A DNA stretch of 63,500 bases, filler included, from Platydemus manokwari (lineage: Eukaryota): assembly GCA_037951405.1 (NCBI GenBank). It is 6 parts of 6 records of this genome, joined end to end, with 100 filler letters (N's around TTAATTAATTAA, not from the genome) between each part and the next. Parts side by side here need not be neighbours in the genome. Positions count along the whole stretch, not along the records: positions 20,531 to 33,347 come from JBBMOY011959157.1; positions 33,448 to 43,233 come from JBBMOY011204766.1; 4 more parts are not named here. One strand, written 5' to 3'. Position 1 is the first letter of the stretch, and the number at the start of each line of letters is the position of its first letter. The notes beneath the pieces were generated by a model, which worked only from the letters and a program-made list of their open reading frames with translations, was not told the DNA's origin and searched no databases. The translations under genes and the position numbers were made by a program. This document shows positions 24,701 to 38,099 of this stretch, piece by piece.

Positions 24701-27700
24701 AAATAAAGTGTTGAGGGAAATTGTTCAATAATCGAATTTCTTATTTCTTTTAATAGGTTAGCAACTCATATCTCAACTATTCAATAACAATATATACCTT
24801 ATCAATAAGCTTCCTGAGTAAATGCTGACTTTTACTCGATATCTCATTGAATTTGACTTTTTTCACATTGATGAGATTATGGATTGTAGTGATATCATGC
24901 TTGGTTTGTTCAATATTATTCAGAGCTTTTGTTATTGTTTGAATTGATTGGAATTTTTCAACGGTTTTTTGTTTGACTAATTGACGTATAATATCTAAGA
25001 ATCGTTTGAAGGTAGACGGTCCATTGTAGATTTTCTTTCGTGATGAATTACAATTTAGCAATCTAAATGAATTATAATAAAATAAAATTATTTTTATTGC
25101 CTAAAACCCTTGAGCTATTAATAGAAACAATTTAAGAGATTGAATTAAAAATTATTTGTACTAAAAATATTGATAGAACATACGCTAGAATATAAAACAG
25201 CATTAAGTCAGGTCATATAAAATAAGATGTTTTTCCCAGAAATGTCATTCAAAACAAGATTCGTAAAATTTTATTGCATTTAGTCGAAAATTGCAATTGA
25301 TCATAAAGGGACGCTGATAAAATATTTTTTTATAATCTTTCGATAAAAAATCTGAATGTTCATATGTTTGGACTACTCGTATATGTTAGCAAATTAGATA
25401 TTATTGTCAAGGTTAAGATAATACATAAGCTTAGCTGTTATCATCGCTTTACCAATAATATTTTATTGAAAATACCATTTGTCCTTCTCGAATATTTTTG
25501 TCATTTTAAATTTAACTTTATAATTAAATCGTGATATGTTTAGTTCAGTAAAACAAGCCAACACTTAAAAAATAAAAATTATGGATTAATTATCAATTAT
25601 TTTATTGCAAAATATTATTAATTTATTTTAATTTCTCCAATTACAATAAGGATATTTAAAATGATATATTAGTGAAAAATGGTTTTTAAAAATATCCTAG
25701 ATATTAACATAATCCTTCAAAATATGAATCTGAATCAGATTGAATTGATGTTGTTAATTAGATCATAATAATTTCAAACGAACATTTTCTAAAATAAATC
25801 AAAATTTATTGAAAAATACTAAGGAAGCTGTAAATAATAAACATATTATCAAAGATAACCGTAATTTCTCCCGAAGAAATACTTGAGAGTAGGGTGCCAA
25901 AGGAACAGTGTCGTATTTGTAAATTTCTTTTTTCTTTTCGTTCACAACAATCTTTCCAATTTTTACAGATTTACCGCAAAAGTTTGACTGACGATTTGTT
26001 GTATGTAAGGCTTCTTTATGCAATGAAGTTATATATTGAATAAGATTTGTTTTATCTTTTTCTGATGGTAAATATTGATCTATTTCATTGAGACAGTTTC
26101 GCACAAAATAACTAGCATCAGCAGATAAGTAAGCATCATTTGAATCTTTAATCCAAATCACAGAAGAATAAGATAATATTCCAGGATATTTAGAGAAGGA
26201 TTCATCAGTTATATTATTATCAGGAGGCAAGCATATGATTATGTGTAAGTCACGTCTGATTCTTGATCTAAATTGTTCAATTAAGTCAAAATTCGTCAGA
26301 GTTGCTGTGGATGATCTATCTCGTTTCATGCTTATTGCTACAGCCTAAATAAATAATTTGTAAATCAAAATTCGACATCAGTATTCATTTTAATATCATC
26401 AAGTCAATAGCTTACTGATAGTAAACCGGCCATTTCATCCTGCGAGAAAAGAAGCGGACAATCTCCAGAAATCATTAATGAATTCAAAATGTCTAAAATA
26501 GAATTAGATGTGAAGCTCCTTGCCTAGAATTTGATATTGAATTGATAAACGATAATAACCAATTACTGTTAATATAATTGATGCTCTTTTTCCTTCAGAT
26601 CCGACTTGTCTCAATATTGCTTTCATGCTATCTATTAATGCTACTTCACTATTCGTATCTAATTGACGAATTGGTATTCTGGCAATTTGTGATGCCAGGC
26701 GACAGAGCTGTGATAGGTGACATCCAACAGATCCAACCACTACAACATGTCCACTAAAATATTTATTTAATATAAATATATTAATAAAAAATTTTTTCAT
26801 AAATTTTGTGTATATTATGAAAACATAATCCATTAATTACTTGAAAGGCCTTGTAATTTGTTTGTGAATGTTCATCACTTGCAGCAGAACATTATCTGAA
26901 GGCATTAAATCAATCTTAAATTTGCCAAATGTTTCATTATGTTGATTTATTTGTGAAATAATATAATCTTGTTTCGAATCCAAGGTATCCAGAGCAATAG
27001 CGCATTTTGAATTCAATGGTTGTGCACTCATACTCATGCGATTATTGTGAAAATCTTCATCAATAGAAATTGTAGTGAAATTTCGGTCATAATTGAAATG
27101 GGTAGTTGATATCTCTGAAGACCATACTTCATTGACTATGGATTGAAGAGTTCCTCTAAACCATTTCAAGTCAGGTTTCCATATCAGACTATCTTGAAAA
27201 ACTCTAAAAAAAATTAAAAAATTCAAACTACAAGATAATTTTAGAGACAAACAAATTATTATTAAGATCTTAAGCGAAATTAAATTGAGTGTTAAAACTA
27301 TTAAAATAATGCGTTTAAAAATAATGAAATCATTTATTCAAAATTGTATATTGAATGAATTTGTCATCAACACATTTTTATGATACATCATTACAAACAT
27401 ATGAAAACTCCTGAGCTACTAATTGGTACATTGTAAGATAGAACTCCATTTGTCTGAAAGTTAACTGCGAAGATAGCATAATTATACAGCAGGGGGTGAA
27501 AAAATATTTCTTTCTACATGTTAAGTTATTTTTCAAAATATAAATCCATCGACAAAAAATAGTCCACTATACCAACAGCATTATTTTACCCATAGATTAT
27601 ATCTTAGTCAGCCTTAATCTGTGAGAGTTACCGCTGCCTTTATAAGGTTGGTTTTGCTAATTATCATCATCGATTCTTTGTTTTATCAGTAAAATTGAAA

Positions 27701-28049
27701 AATTAGCAATGAACTTGCTTAATTCTTATTCACGAAAATTCATTTTACTATCCGGTTTGTCCTCACCGTGTGCTTTACAAATACAATTTATAAAGATACC
27801 GTTTATTTGTTTCCAAAAATGGTTATACTCAATTTAACGACCTCAAATTCTGCAGATAAATGTTTTATATTTTGTAGGAGTTTATTGTGCATTCATAATT
27901 GGCCTTAAATTTGAGTACTACATTTCCTGTTTTGTCGAACTATCCAATGAGTTTTATCACAATATTATATGTGATATTTGTTTTATCTTTTGTTTTAAAT
28001 TCGATTGAAATTACTTTCTAAAACGTCTCAAGATGTTTTCAATTCGTTG

Positions 28050-28094
<45 letters not shown>

Positions 28095-31000
28095 GAACAA
28101 TTGTACATACCGTTTCGCTAAATATGTCCAATACTGTACCAAAAGTGGTTCAGAACTTTCACTGTCAGAATAGAAAGAACGAATACCAATTGCAATATCA
28201 TTGACATTTCTCAACGTGAACAATAAATGACGCCGACCCTCAGCTAAAGAATTTTGCAGTACATAAGACACTTTCTCAAACAATTTTAGAGTTGCAGACA
28301 TGATCTGATTGATTTGATCTATAGTAATTTGACAGTTTTCCATTGTGCTAATATGACATTCAAATATTCCGCGAATAATACAATTTAAATCGGAACTTTC
28401 CGGCATTTCTAATTTGATCGGAACAAAATGACGCTGAATTTTAAAAACGTTAATAATCAATTTGTTTAAATTTGGAATGATATTGTATTTTTGTAAAATA
28501 AATTGACTGATACCATGGAACTGTAAGTAAGGCTTTCTTATTTTTCTACTTACAAAATCTACATTGGTCATAAATAAATCGATCAATACCTTCAGACTAA
28601 TCAGGACAAACTTAATTATTATTTCAAAGCAGATAAAATTATAGATGATATTTTTGAAGAAATAGAAATCTTTGGTTTATGAAGAGAAGTAATTGTAAAT
28701 TTTTAATCATAAGATATCAATACTTACAGGATTAAAAAAATATCTGTTTTCTCACTCGAAACACCAGATTCAAGAATATGAATAAATTATTTTGTTTTTT
28801 GATACTATTAGTATTTATGAAGCTCTGTATATCGGAATAATTAGTTTAATTCTCAAAATTATTCATTTTTAGTATTGACCGTCATATTTTTGGAAATTAT
28901 TTTAAGTTGAGCAAAAAAATGATTGAAATTGAAACTTGAGATTAATAGTGTTAAGCCTATAAAAATTAGATTTCTAAAATCTATTTTAAACAGTATAAAA
29001 ACAAACATGAAATGTGTGCAAAATTTATTATAAGTTACAAAAAATACGAAATAATTCAACAAATGAATAAAGCATCATTTACTGATATTCATAATTTGGA
29101 AAGTTCTAAAGGAAAAAGAGTCTCAGATATCCAAAATTCGATTAATACAACTTCTAAGGTCAAATGATTCTGAAGAAATTTGAACTGGAGTGAATGTGAT
29201 AATTGAATAAAGACTTCAAATCGTATCAGATGTAAAAATTGCAACTTGTGAAATGGAATCACAAATATCGAATTATGAAAACTTGAAATTGAAAAAAGTA
29301 ATGAGTGAGGAAAATTTAAATTAAAATAAATTTAATAATTTTTCATGGGTTATTTAAAAATTTAATGACAAAATTTTTGAATAATTTAAATATTTTAATT
29401 TATATTTATATTCCTGATTACTATTGGCAATAATTGAAGCTATTTTGAAAATATTTTAGTTTGTTTTAAATGTTTAATTTGTTTTAAATAATAAATATTT
29501 CGTAAAATCTTCTCACTGACCAATTCTAACGAGTTTCAAAATTCAAATGAAGTAGCTTCTACGACGACTACTACTAATAATAATAGATTAAGAACTTCAA
29601 TTTATTTATAAGAAAAGCAGGATTTAAGATTCCCATGTACAATTAATATTCAAGGTGCTTGCTGATGTATAGAATTACAGTATTTAAATAATTCAATAAT
29701 TCGATCAATATTCCATTAATTGGATGCTTCTGCTATTATGATTCAGATAAAATACTAATTTACCATTAATCTGGAATCCGATAATTCTGTAATTGAATTC
29801 CCACCAATAATATTAGTTGCTACAGTAGCAACTACATTAAATTCGTATAATTTCATTTGTTCAAATGGATACTTTGAGTTTTGGATGACTTTCGAATTAA
29901 GCAGTTGACGAAGAATTTCATTTGGACGTCTAATACAATTAGATCCAACATTGTAGCATTTCGGTAAATTCAGATCTTCTATCACAATACTTAAATGTTT
30001 ATTTTCTTTTCCACTGTACATCACTCCTTGGCGATGTTCAATGTTTGCATCCAAAAAGGATTTCAGTTGAAAGCTCTTTGTGAAATATGAATAAACAAAT
30101 CTGACCACATTGGCTGTAGATAAATCTAAGAACGTATTCAAACATGAAATATTCGATTTAAAAGGAAATTATTGAGACAATTAATATCATAATTATTATA
30201 AATATTGGGAAAATATATTAATATTCGAATATTTGACCCATTCGAATCACAACATTTCACATAGCCAGTAAAAATTTATAAACAAAATTTTTGAAAGACT
30301 TCATTTGTCAGTTATTGTAGTTTTATGGAATAAGCGTAAATGCCTTATAATTATCCAAATTAATATCATGGAGTGTGAAAAATATTCTCTAATCTATTGA
30401 CATATCCACGACATGAGGAATGAAATGTTACCAATACATTAAAATCCTTTAAAACATGAAAATTGTTATTAAAATTATCAACTCGTCCACGGTTTGCGTC
30501 TATGATCGTTAATTAAAAGATGACTTTCAAATTTGTTAAGATTTGACAATGCCTTTGTTCATATCAAATCTCAATTGCTTGTTGTCACATGTTAATACAA
30601 TGGTCAATACAAACCCTTCAAACTCACTTCTATGTACAGACTCCGTAACAATAGACTCATTAACATCCTTTAGAATCTTCCCAGAAACACTCTTAGAATT
30701 TTTTAAATTAAAATTTCATTTTATAATTTTAAAATTAAAAATAAATTAATTAATGAAATTTGATAGGTTTTAGCTTGGGCATAACTCTTAAAAAGAAACT
30801 GTAACATATATTAATCTGTAATATTTTGCACTGTGTTCATTCAGAAATTTTTATTACCCTTCACTTGTTTTCAATTCTTACTCAATTAAATAATCTTACA
30901 TTAAGTTAAAATGATAACATTTTATTAAGTGAATCAACTTCATAAATATTTTCAAAATAAATTCATCTTTTCCTCTTAGAATGCTCTTTGTAAATTCTTT

Positions 31001-32189
31001 TTCGTTTATGAAATTTCAAAATATATCCTTTAAATATATGTGAGATTTAATTGTTGTTACATATTAATAATTAACGGAAAGACGGAAAATCATAATTTAC
31101 AAAATGCTAAATCAACAAGCTCAATAAAATAATCGATTCACAATACTAAAGAATCACAAAATCAAAATCACTTGACGAAACAAATTCCCAAAGAAACAGT
31201 TGTTAAGATCAAATAGAATTCAGCACTCGAAAGATAAAATAAAGACAGATTTCATAAAAGAATGACAAGTTATTTTCGAGAATCGACTCCTTTTACTTAT
31301 CTTGCAGTTCTTATTTTCATTTGTTAGAACTGCTTGAAGACTAGTATATTGACAAATTCCCTTCTTATTCTCATGCTATTGATGTATTTTGATGTTCGTC
31401 TAAACTGTTGGTATGCGAATTGAAAATCGAAATACAATCGAGATTAATAATTTCAAGATATGCGATTGGCTATATATGTGTGTTTATATTGTGCTTAAGT
31501 GTATCAACCGTTTTGGGGTAGCTGCAATGACTTCCATATATTCATTTTTGATCAATTTTGCCAAATATTTCGCGTTGTGATGTAATTAAGCCACTCATCA
31601 TTTGTAAAAGCAGATAATGAATCATAAAATCATAGATTGTAAATTGAATTATTGTGATAAAAATTACTCATTTTTCGCCAGTGACTATCGAGAATCAATG
31701 ATTTTCCAGATCCTTTTGGACCTATTAGAGCCATATTAAGAGAAGCACTAGTGCCGATTTCCAATAAGTATTTGCAACGCAGAGTATCAACAGTATCAAC
31801 TAATACTTCCCCAGTTAAAACCAAACTGGAATTGTCTATTCCCTCCATTAAAAGAGATGACCACAGATCCCATTCACCAGATTCGTCAACATAATAATCA
31901 AAAATACATATCGAACTGTCATCATCAGGTAATCTAGAAAAAGATACAATTCATAACATAATCAAATAATTAAAATAATTCGAACACTAGCGTTTCTCTT
32001 TTTAATAATGCAGTGATGGCTTGTTTATTTAAACCACAAATTTGACTGTCTAATGACCAAATGAAGCAAAACACAAATAATCGTTGAATGTGCAATTCGC
32101 CACCGATTTCTTTATTATCAATTAGCATTTGGGATAGAATTTTCATGCTGTTTTCAAATGCAATAGTCACCGAATTATTCAAATGTTCC
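21712..32189 (-). CDS. Divergent axonemal-type dynein heavy chain, internal portion (AAA2 lid, AAA3, AAA4, stalk/MTBD); about 15 exons; both ends lie outside the contig
   Basis: Exons in canonical dynein order: HIQRLFVFCFIWS; IFDYYVDESGEW; VLVDTVDTLR...LIGPKGSGKS (AAA3 P-loop); IVIEDLNLP...PNEILRQLL; SRLMRHF; HLLFTLRNVNDIAIGI; RVFQDSL; GHVVVVGSVGCHLSQLCRLA; LDILNSLMISGDCPLLFSQDE; IRRDLHIIICL; IYNGPSTFKRFL; RIKSFQNPPALV; WKRMQQFMADPAKF; coiled coil EKCEPLRQALQK. Exons have GT-AG borders. Confidence 0.93.
28050..28094. repeat. Compound (CA)n(TA)n microsatellite in a dynein intron
   Basis: Seen directly in the sequence. Confidence 0.95.
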
Positions 32190-33347
32190 CTAGTTAAAAA
32201 TCGATATATTTTCTATTAATAAAAGAAATCAATGCATGTATTTCACAAAATAGTGATTATATTTCACACAAACACCCATATTTGTATATTTGCATTTGCG
32301 CAGAAAAGGACAATATGGGATAATCAGAAATAACCTAAAACTAATGGAAGCGCTATAGATAAATCATAAGAAGGGATAATCACAAAAATTAACTAATGTG
32401 AAGGAGTAAACCAGAAAGGGGATAAATTTTAACCGATGAGGCTTCTACATTATTGAACGAAGAGTAAACAAAATTGAAGAACATAAACTTAAATTCTTTC
32501 AACTTCAATTAAAAAACAAACATTCATTCATCATACATAGATAGATAGGTTTTCTGATTGATTTTTCAATTCCTCTATGAGTTAGGTCTTATCTTATCAG
32601 ATACCAACGAGTCAATTATTCAACATCCATACAAGAACATATACTATATAATATATAATGATTCTACTCCATAACAAAATTTAAAAATTATTCCAAACTG
32701 TTCTTCTAAATTCTTTTTTTCTAATAATTTGGTATCTTATTTATTTTAATAGTACCACTTTTAATTAAACAGGTGCAAAGATTCACACTTAAGCTGGTTT
32801 ACAAATGGCCACTACTTTTAAACAATTGATTGACAGCTATTTTTATTTTAATAACTTCTATTATGATTTGATACAAAATCAATTTGCAGACCAATTTTAT
32901 TGAGACCTCAAGTTTCTATTGTGTTATTTATGAATTCGATCAATAGTTCAAAATCCCTGCCATCATAATTTGGTGATCCCGACTATAATAATTTGAATGT
33001 GAGATTGTTATGAAATTTTATTAGATTTCGCAGATCAATTCGATCATCTAATGATGATGTTCTGATTGGTTGTTACAAATTTAAAAGATTTTGATAGGTT
33101 TATCTTTGTATGTATAAAGTTGTGGGTGTGTGAATTCAATTAATTATTCAAGAATGATGTAATTCATTTCCCTTTCATGATTGTTTTCGGGATAGTATTC
33201 AACGCTTTTACATATGCACATATAATTACAAACTTAATAATATACTTTAATAATAACTGGTTCCATTATACTTGTTTGAAAGCTTTTATTGATTAACGAA
33301 ATTGAAATCTGTAAAAATAGAATAATAACTTACTTATGATTTTGAAT

Positions 33348-33447
33348 NNNNNNNNNNNNNNNNNNNNNNNNNNNNNNNNNNNNNNNNNNNNTTAATTAAT
33401 TAANNNNNNNNNNNNNNNNNNNNNNNNNNNNNNNNNNNNNNNNNNNN
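33348..33447. other. Artificial contig spacer N44-TTAATTAATTAA-N44
   Basis: Identical 100-nt spacer. Confidence 0.99.
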
Positions 33448-33475
33448 GTGTGTGTGTGTGTGTGTGTGTGTGTGG

Positions 33476-33517
<42 letters not shown>
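33448..33517. repeat. Compound (GT)n-(GA)n microsatellite at contig start
   Basis: Seen directly in the sequence. Confidence 0.97.
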
Positions 33518-33520
<3 letters not shown>

Positions 33521-35874
33521 TATAAGTTTTATTAATTCTAATGATTGTCAGCACAAGTCTGGAGAATCGAATAAAAAGGTAATCATAAAACCACCCTTTA
33601 AATCGTTCTTCCAATAAATGTATGGACCAGAAAGCACACATATCTAATAAGCCAATTCAATACTAAAATCATGAATTTCATTGGATTGTGAATTATTTGG
33701 AAGACATTATAATCTTAATGCTATTCATTATTCATATTACTCATGACACTTAATGACTTGAAGTTAAATATTTCATTTTATATTTCTTTCATTTTTAATG
33801 TATGATATTTCTGTGTCATAAATTATCTATTCGTGATTAATCAATATTTCATGTTATTGTATTAGGTTTTATTATTGGCTTTTATTCATCAAATATCTAT
33901 CCAAAATAAATATTAAAAATCAAAAACAATTATTTTACTCTAGAAGTAAAACTCATATCAACATGTTGACAGAGACACGAGTCAAAATACAGGTGAATCA
34001 CAAATAAAAAAATTTTATTTGATAATCTTGTCTTAATCTGCAATAGTGATGTTTAATTTTGTTTGGACTCAAATACATTTCGTATGAGAAATCTTTGGGG
34101 TTAGATCGTGCATTATTTCGAGCCTACCGTGATGACATAATCAATTAATTAAAGTTAATACTGCAATTGATGACATATTCGTGTGAATTTATTCTATTAA
34201 TTTCTAAGATAAAAGACGAAATTTTATTTCAGTGTCTCTGTGTCTTAGAAAAGCAATATTTTATGATTTTATAAAATTTCTTACATTTAGCTAATTCTTT
34301 GAGGTCATTTTTCATTTTGTGAGTTTATGTTCTATTTCATCGATTTTGAATGAATTCTTGTAATGATTTCAGTTGAATTTTAGGTGTTCGTGTTCTCTTA
34401 GTAGATTTAGATACAAATTAGCATAAAGATTAGTTATTACTGGAGTGAATGTAAACCTTCTGGTTTGTTCTAGTCGTACTCTTATTCTTATATATCTGTC
34501 AAAATTGACCCTTTTCGTGAGTATAATTCTTTAGAATTATGAATTTTGGATAGAATTAATCTTTCCATAGTAATTATATATGTTATGTTTTTACATACTC
34601 AATATCCATGAATAATATGTGATCAATGGTTTATGGAAATTTGTGCCAGTTATGTGAGTAGTGTCCTTCTTTTAATGTGTAAAACGTTGATTTATTGTCT
34701 TGGCAATTATTTTAATTTGCTTTTTCAATTTAGTAGTTATTTTAGATAATCAAAATTTTAAAGATGCTTGATAGTATTGTTAATAAATTACTGAAGTTGT
34801 GAGTAATCAATTAATGAATGTATTAATGTTGAAAAGAACATCATATTGTGTTTAATTTGTCCTCTATGTCTAATCTTGGATTGTTATTTATTTTAAGAAG
34901 ATTATTAGTGAAGGTCATTTTAAATAGAAATGAAGAGGAAAATTCAGTTGAATAAATTTTTCTAATAAATGAAACCTTTAATAAAATTCAAAAAAATTTA
35001 CAGAAAAAGCTTAAGTGATTAGTTAATCATTTTGATCTGTCTTGATTTTCATTTAATGACTTAAATTAAGAATAATTTAGAAAAGCATGAATAAAAAAAT
35101 TATTCATTCTGCTCTTTAAAAATTTTGAATTTTTGACATGTGATATATGCGTTAAGTGCCAGAAAATACCATAGTAGATTTTAAGATGTTAAATATTATT
35201 TATTACGACATAATAGTTAGTATTTTTAACAGAATTTTGTTAATCAATAATAATCGAAATATAGAAATAAAGATTTTTTAATGAATGTGTTCAGAAAATG
35301 CCTTTATGATACATTAAATTCCAATATTTTATATTCAAAGTTTTGTAAAATGTGATTTCATTTTTGTTTAAAATATAACCACTGAAAAAAGATTAAAAAA
35401 CCATGTTCATGAACGAAGTAAAGGAAGAAGAAAAGTAAATTGAGTTATTTCTAAATATAATAATAATAAATTCTATTCTTATAATTATGCCATAATTATT
35501 TCAATTTTTTTCATGCAAAATTAAATTATGTAATTTACTAGTAAATCTAATTCATTAAATGGCTTGGAAAAATCACATAAATTGAAATGATTTGATTATA
35601 CTTGATTTTGAATTGTTAGCATTCACTGTTATTTATAATAATCATGCCCACGTGTATTAAATAACTTATCATTCATCACTTAACCAAAAGCACAGTTTCT
35701 AACTTAATTTAACAATGGTTGGTATTCATTGTATTGAAAATAAATAATTTGATCAACTATTTTAAACTCAGTGCCATAAAATTGATTTTATTTTTATTTT
35801 CATATCTTAAATATGTGAACAGATAATTTTGTTGCTTAACAAAAAATACAATAATCATAGTAACCATTCTTCAG

Positions 35875-37368
35875 GCAACACTCAGAGTTATGGACTGTAT
35901 TATCTATGAAGGTGACAAGATTCTTTTTAGAGTGGCTCTAGCTCTTATCAAAATGAATACAAAAGATTTTGCTGCAGTAAAAACCTTTCCTGAATTCGCT
36001 ATTTGTTTCCGAAATATTGTGATCAATGAATCTGTTATCGAATGCCATAATTTTATAAAAGTATTTAATTAAATTTAAATATTATTTATTTGGATTTTCA
36101 ACAATAATATTTAATGCGGTGGCTAAGTGTAAATATATAGTAATATCTTGCTAAGTGCACAGTAAAAATAAAGATAATCTGCTTATTCTTATGCCTAGAT
36201 TTGTGATAAATGATTTATTGTTTTCGACGAAAACGATTTTCTCACATTTTAACACAAAAAAGACTTAATTAAAATATTAAGTGCGATTATCTCGATGACT
36301 GCCTTTGATATATTATATGTCCAATCATCAAGTAATGTTGTAATTGAACATATGATTGTTTGTTATAAAAATAAACAAAATTAACTTGGTTATTAAAACA
36401 ATAATTTAAACTTTGGCTTTGTATTTTTGAGTGCAAAGATGTGTTGGAACAATCAATATTCAACTAATTCATGTATATTATAAAATCGATTACATGTTCG
36501 ATTGTTACGCTTATTGTTTCGAATTTTATCCGAAGAAATTTAGTCGAAAAATCTACAGAAATCATTATCGATTGTAAATCCTATGTACTATGTTTTGTAA
36601 ACGTGGGTGACATCTATGAGATTTACTTCAATCATGTATTAATGAAATAATAGCTTTTATCTTTTCAATTTTAATTGGACAGAGATTTTATTATATTAAA
36701 ATATGAATTTACATACACAGGTTTATTCCCTCTTGAAATTTTATATAATTTTTATTGAATTCACCTCTTGCAACAAGTAATAAGTTTTATAATTATTTTT
36801 TGCAAATACACGATTATTAGTATTTTCTTTATTCGCAATGATTTACATTGCTAGCGATTTATTGCAGATGGCAGTTTTAATTTCGAAAAATGTGTAAAAC
36901 ATGAGATAACCTAAAGCATAAGTATTGTGAGGATTGTGAGAACTTGGTAATGAAATATTTGTATTTTTCCACCAGTATTACACCAAAAACTTGTTTCATA
37001 ATCCTTGCGTGCCATCGTTAAATAATTTGCTTGCCAAGTGAATTCAAACCACGGACCATTACAATTTGCTTTAGTAGCACTCACCATTTGGCATTTTAAT
37101 CCCATATCAGTTTATAAATCATTTGTTTAATTTATGAATTCACTTATGGTTTATTATGATGTAATGTTGTTATTATGAAGTTTTCCCGAAATTTGAAGCA
37201 CAAAAGACTTCTCTGTAAAAATTCATAATTAATTTTAAATTATTTTAATTGACAGATTTTTATTTGTAGAATGTATTCAAACTAACTAATCCTTTGTCGT
37301 ACAGAAGAATCAAAAGGCTACGCAAAACTTGTGAAAGGAAATTGACCTCACTGAATTTTATCACATAA
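35875..37368 (+). CDS. GRTP1: TBC-domain RabGAP, GRTP1/TBC1D6-like; last two exons (35875-36060, 37270-37368)
   Basis: Phase-0 splice gives ATLRVMDCIIYEGDKILFRVALALIK...VIECHNFIK-NVFKLTNPLSYRRIKRLRKTCERKLTSLNFIT*. This matches the TBC C-terminal LRxWDxxxxEGxKIxFRVAL motif and the GRTP1-type ECHxF..LS..KLRxxC tail. Upstream exons were not found in this contig. Confidence 0.85.
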
Positions 37369-38099
37369 GAAAACAAAATAAAACATTAGATAAACTCTAA
37401 ATTTTCGATTCCTATAGAAAATATTATTATTTTCACTTTCAAATATTCTTTGTTCATTTTTGAGACAGGGATTTTCTGCTTCCATTATCTAGCAGTTGTG
37501 ATGAATCCCTCGGTAGAAGGTTGAAATTTATTTATTTTATTTGAAAATATATTTTTGTTATTTTGATAATTTTTTCATTTTTCTAAAATTGCACAATAGC
37601 TTTAACGATGTTTTGTTATTTATTATTTAAACCTACATCCATCGATTATCTTATTGAAATTCAAAAATCGATATCTGACCATTGATTTAAATCTTTATTT
37701 TTTGTTTCAAATCAATGATGTTTTAAAGATCGCAATATGATTTAATGTAATTAATGTGTTTGTGTGTCTGTAGGATCTTATCAATCAAGACCAACTGCAT
37801 TTATGTTTACCAGAGTTCACCTATTAATTTATCCCACGAGTTTCTTATCACTGAGAATTTCTCTTATTACCGATTTCTACATCCTTTAACAACCATTATG
37901 AAAATTGTATATAAATCAATACTACACTAAATATGTTTGAATTATTGATTTGTATATGGAGTCGATTCATAACCATAATTTTCCTTATTATGAAAATTAC
38001 GAATAAGTATAACGTGTAACTATTTTTGGTGTCTGTTATTGGTGTAATTCAGCAAACAAATTAACCGATTGGCCAGTTTTTTGAAAAAATACTTATCAA

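Noticed and set aside
27485-27515. TACAGCAGGGGGTGAAAAAATATT as a Tc1-like TIR
   Set aside because: No matching opposite end or transposase found nearby.
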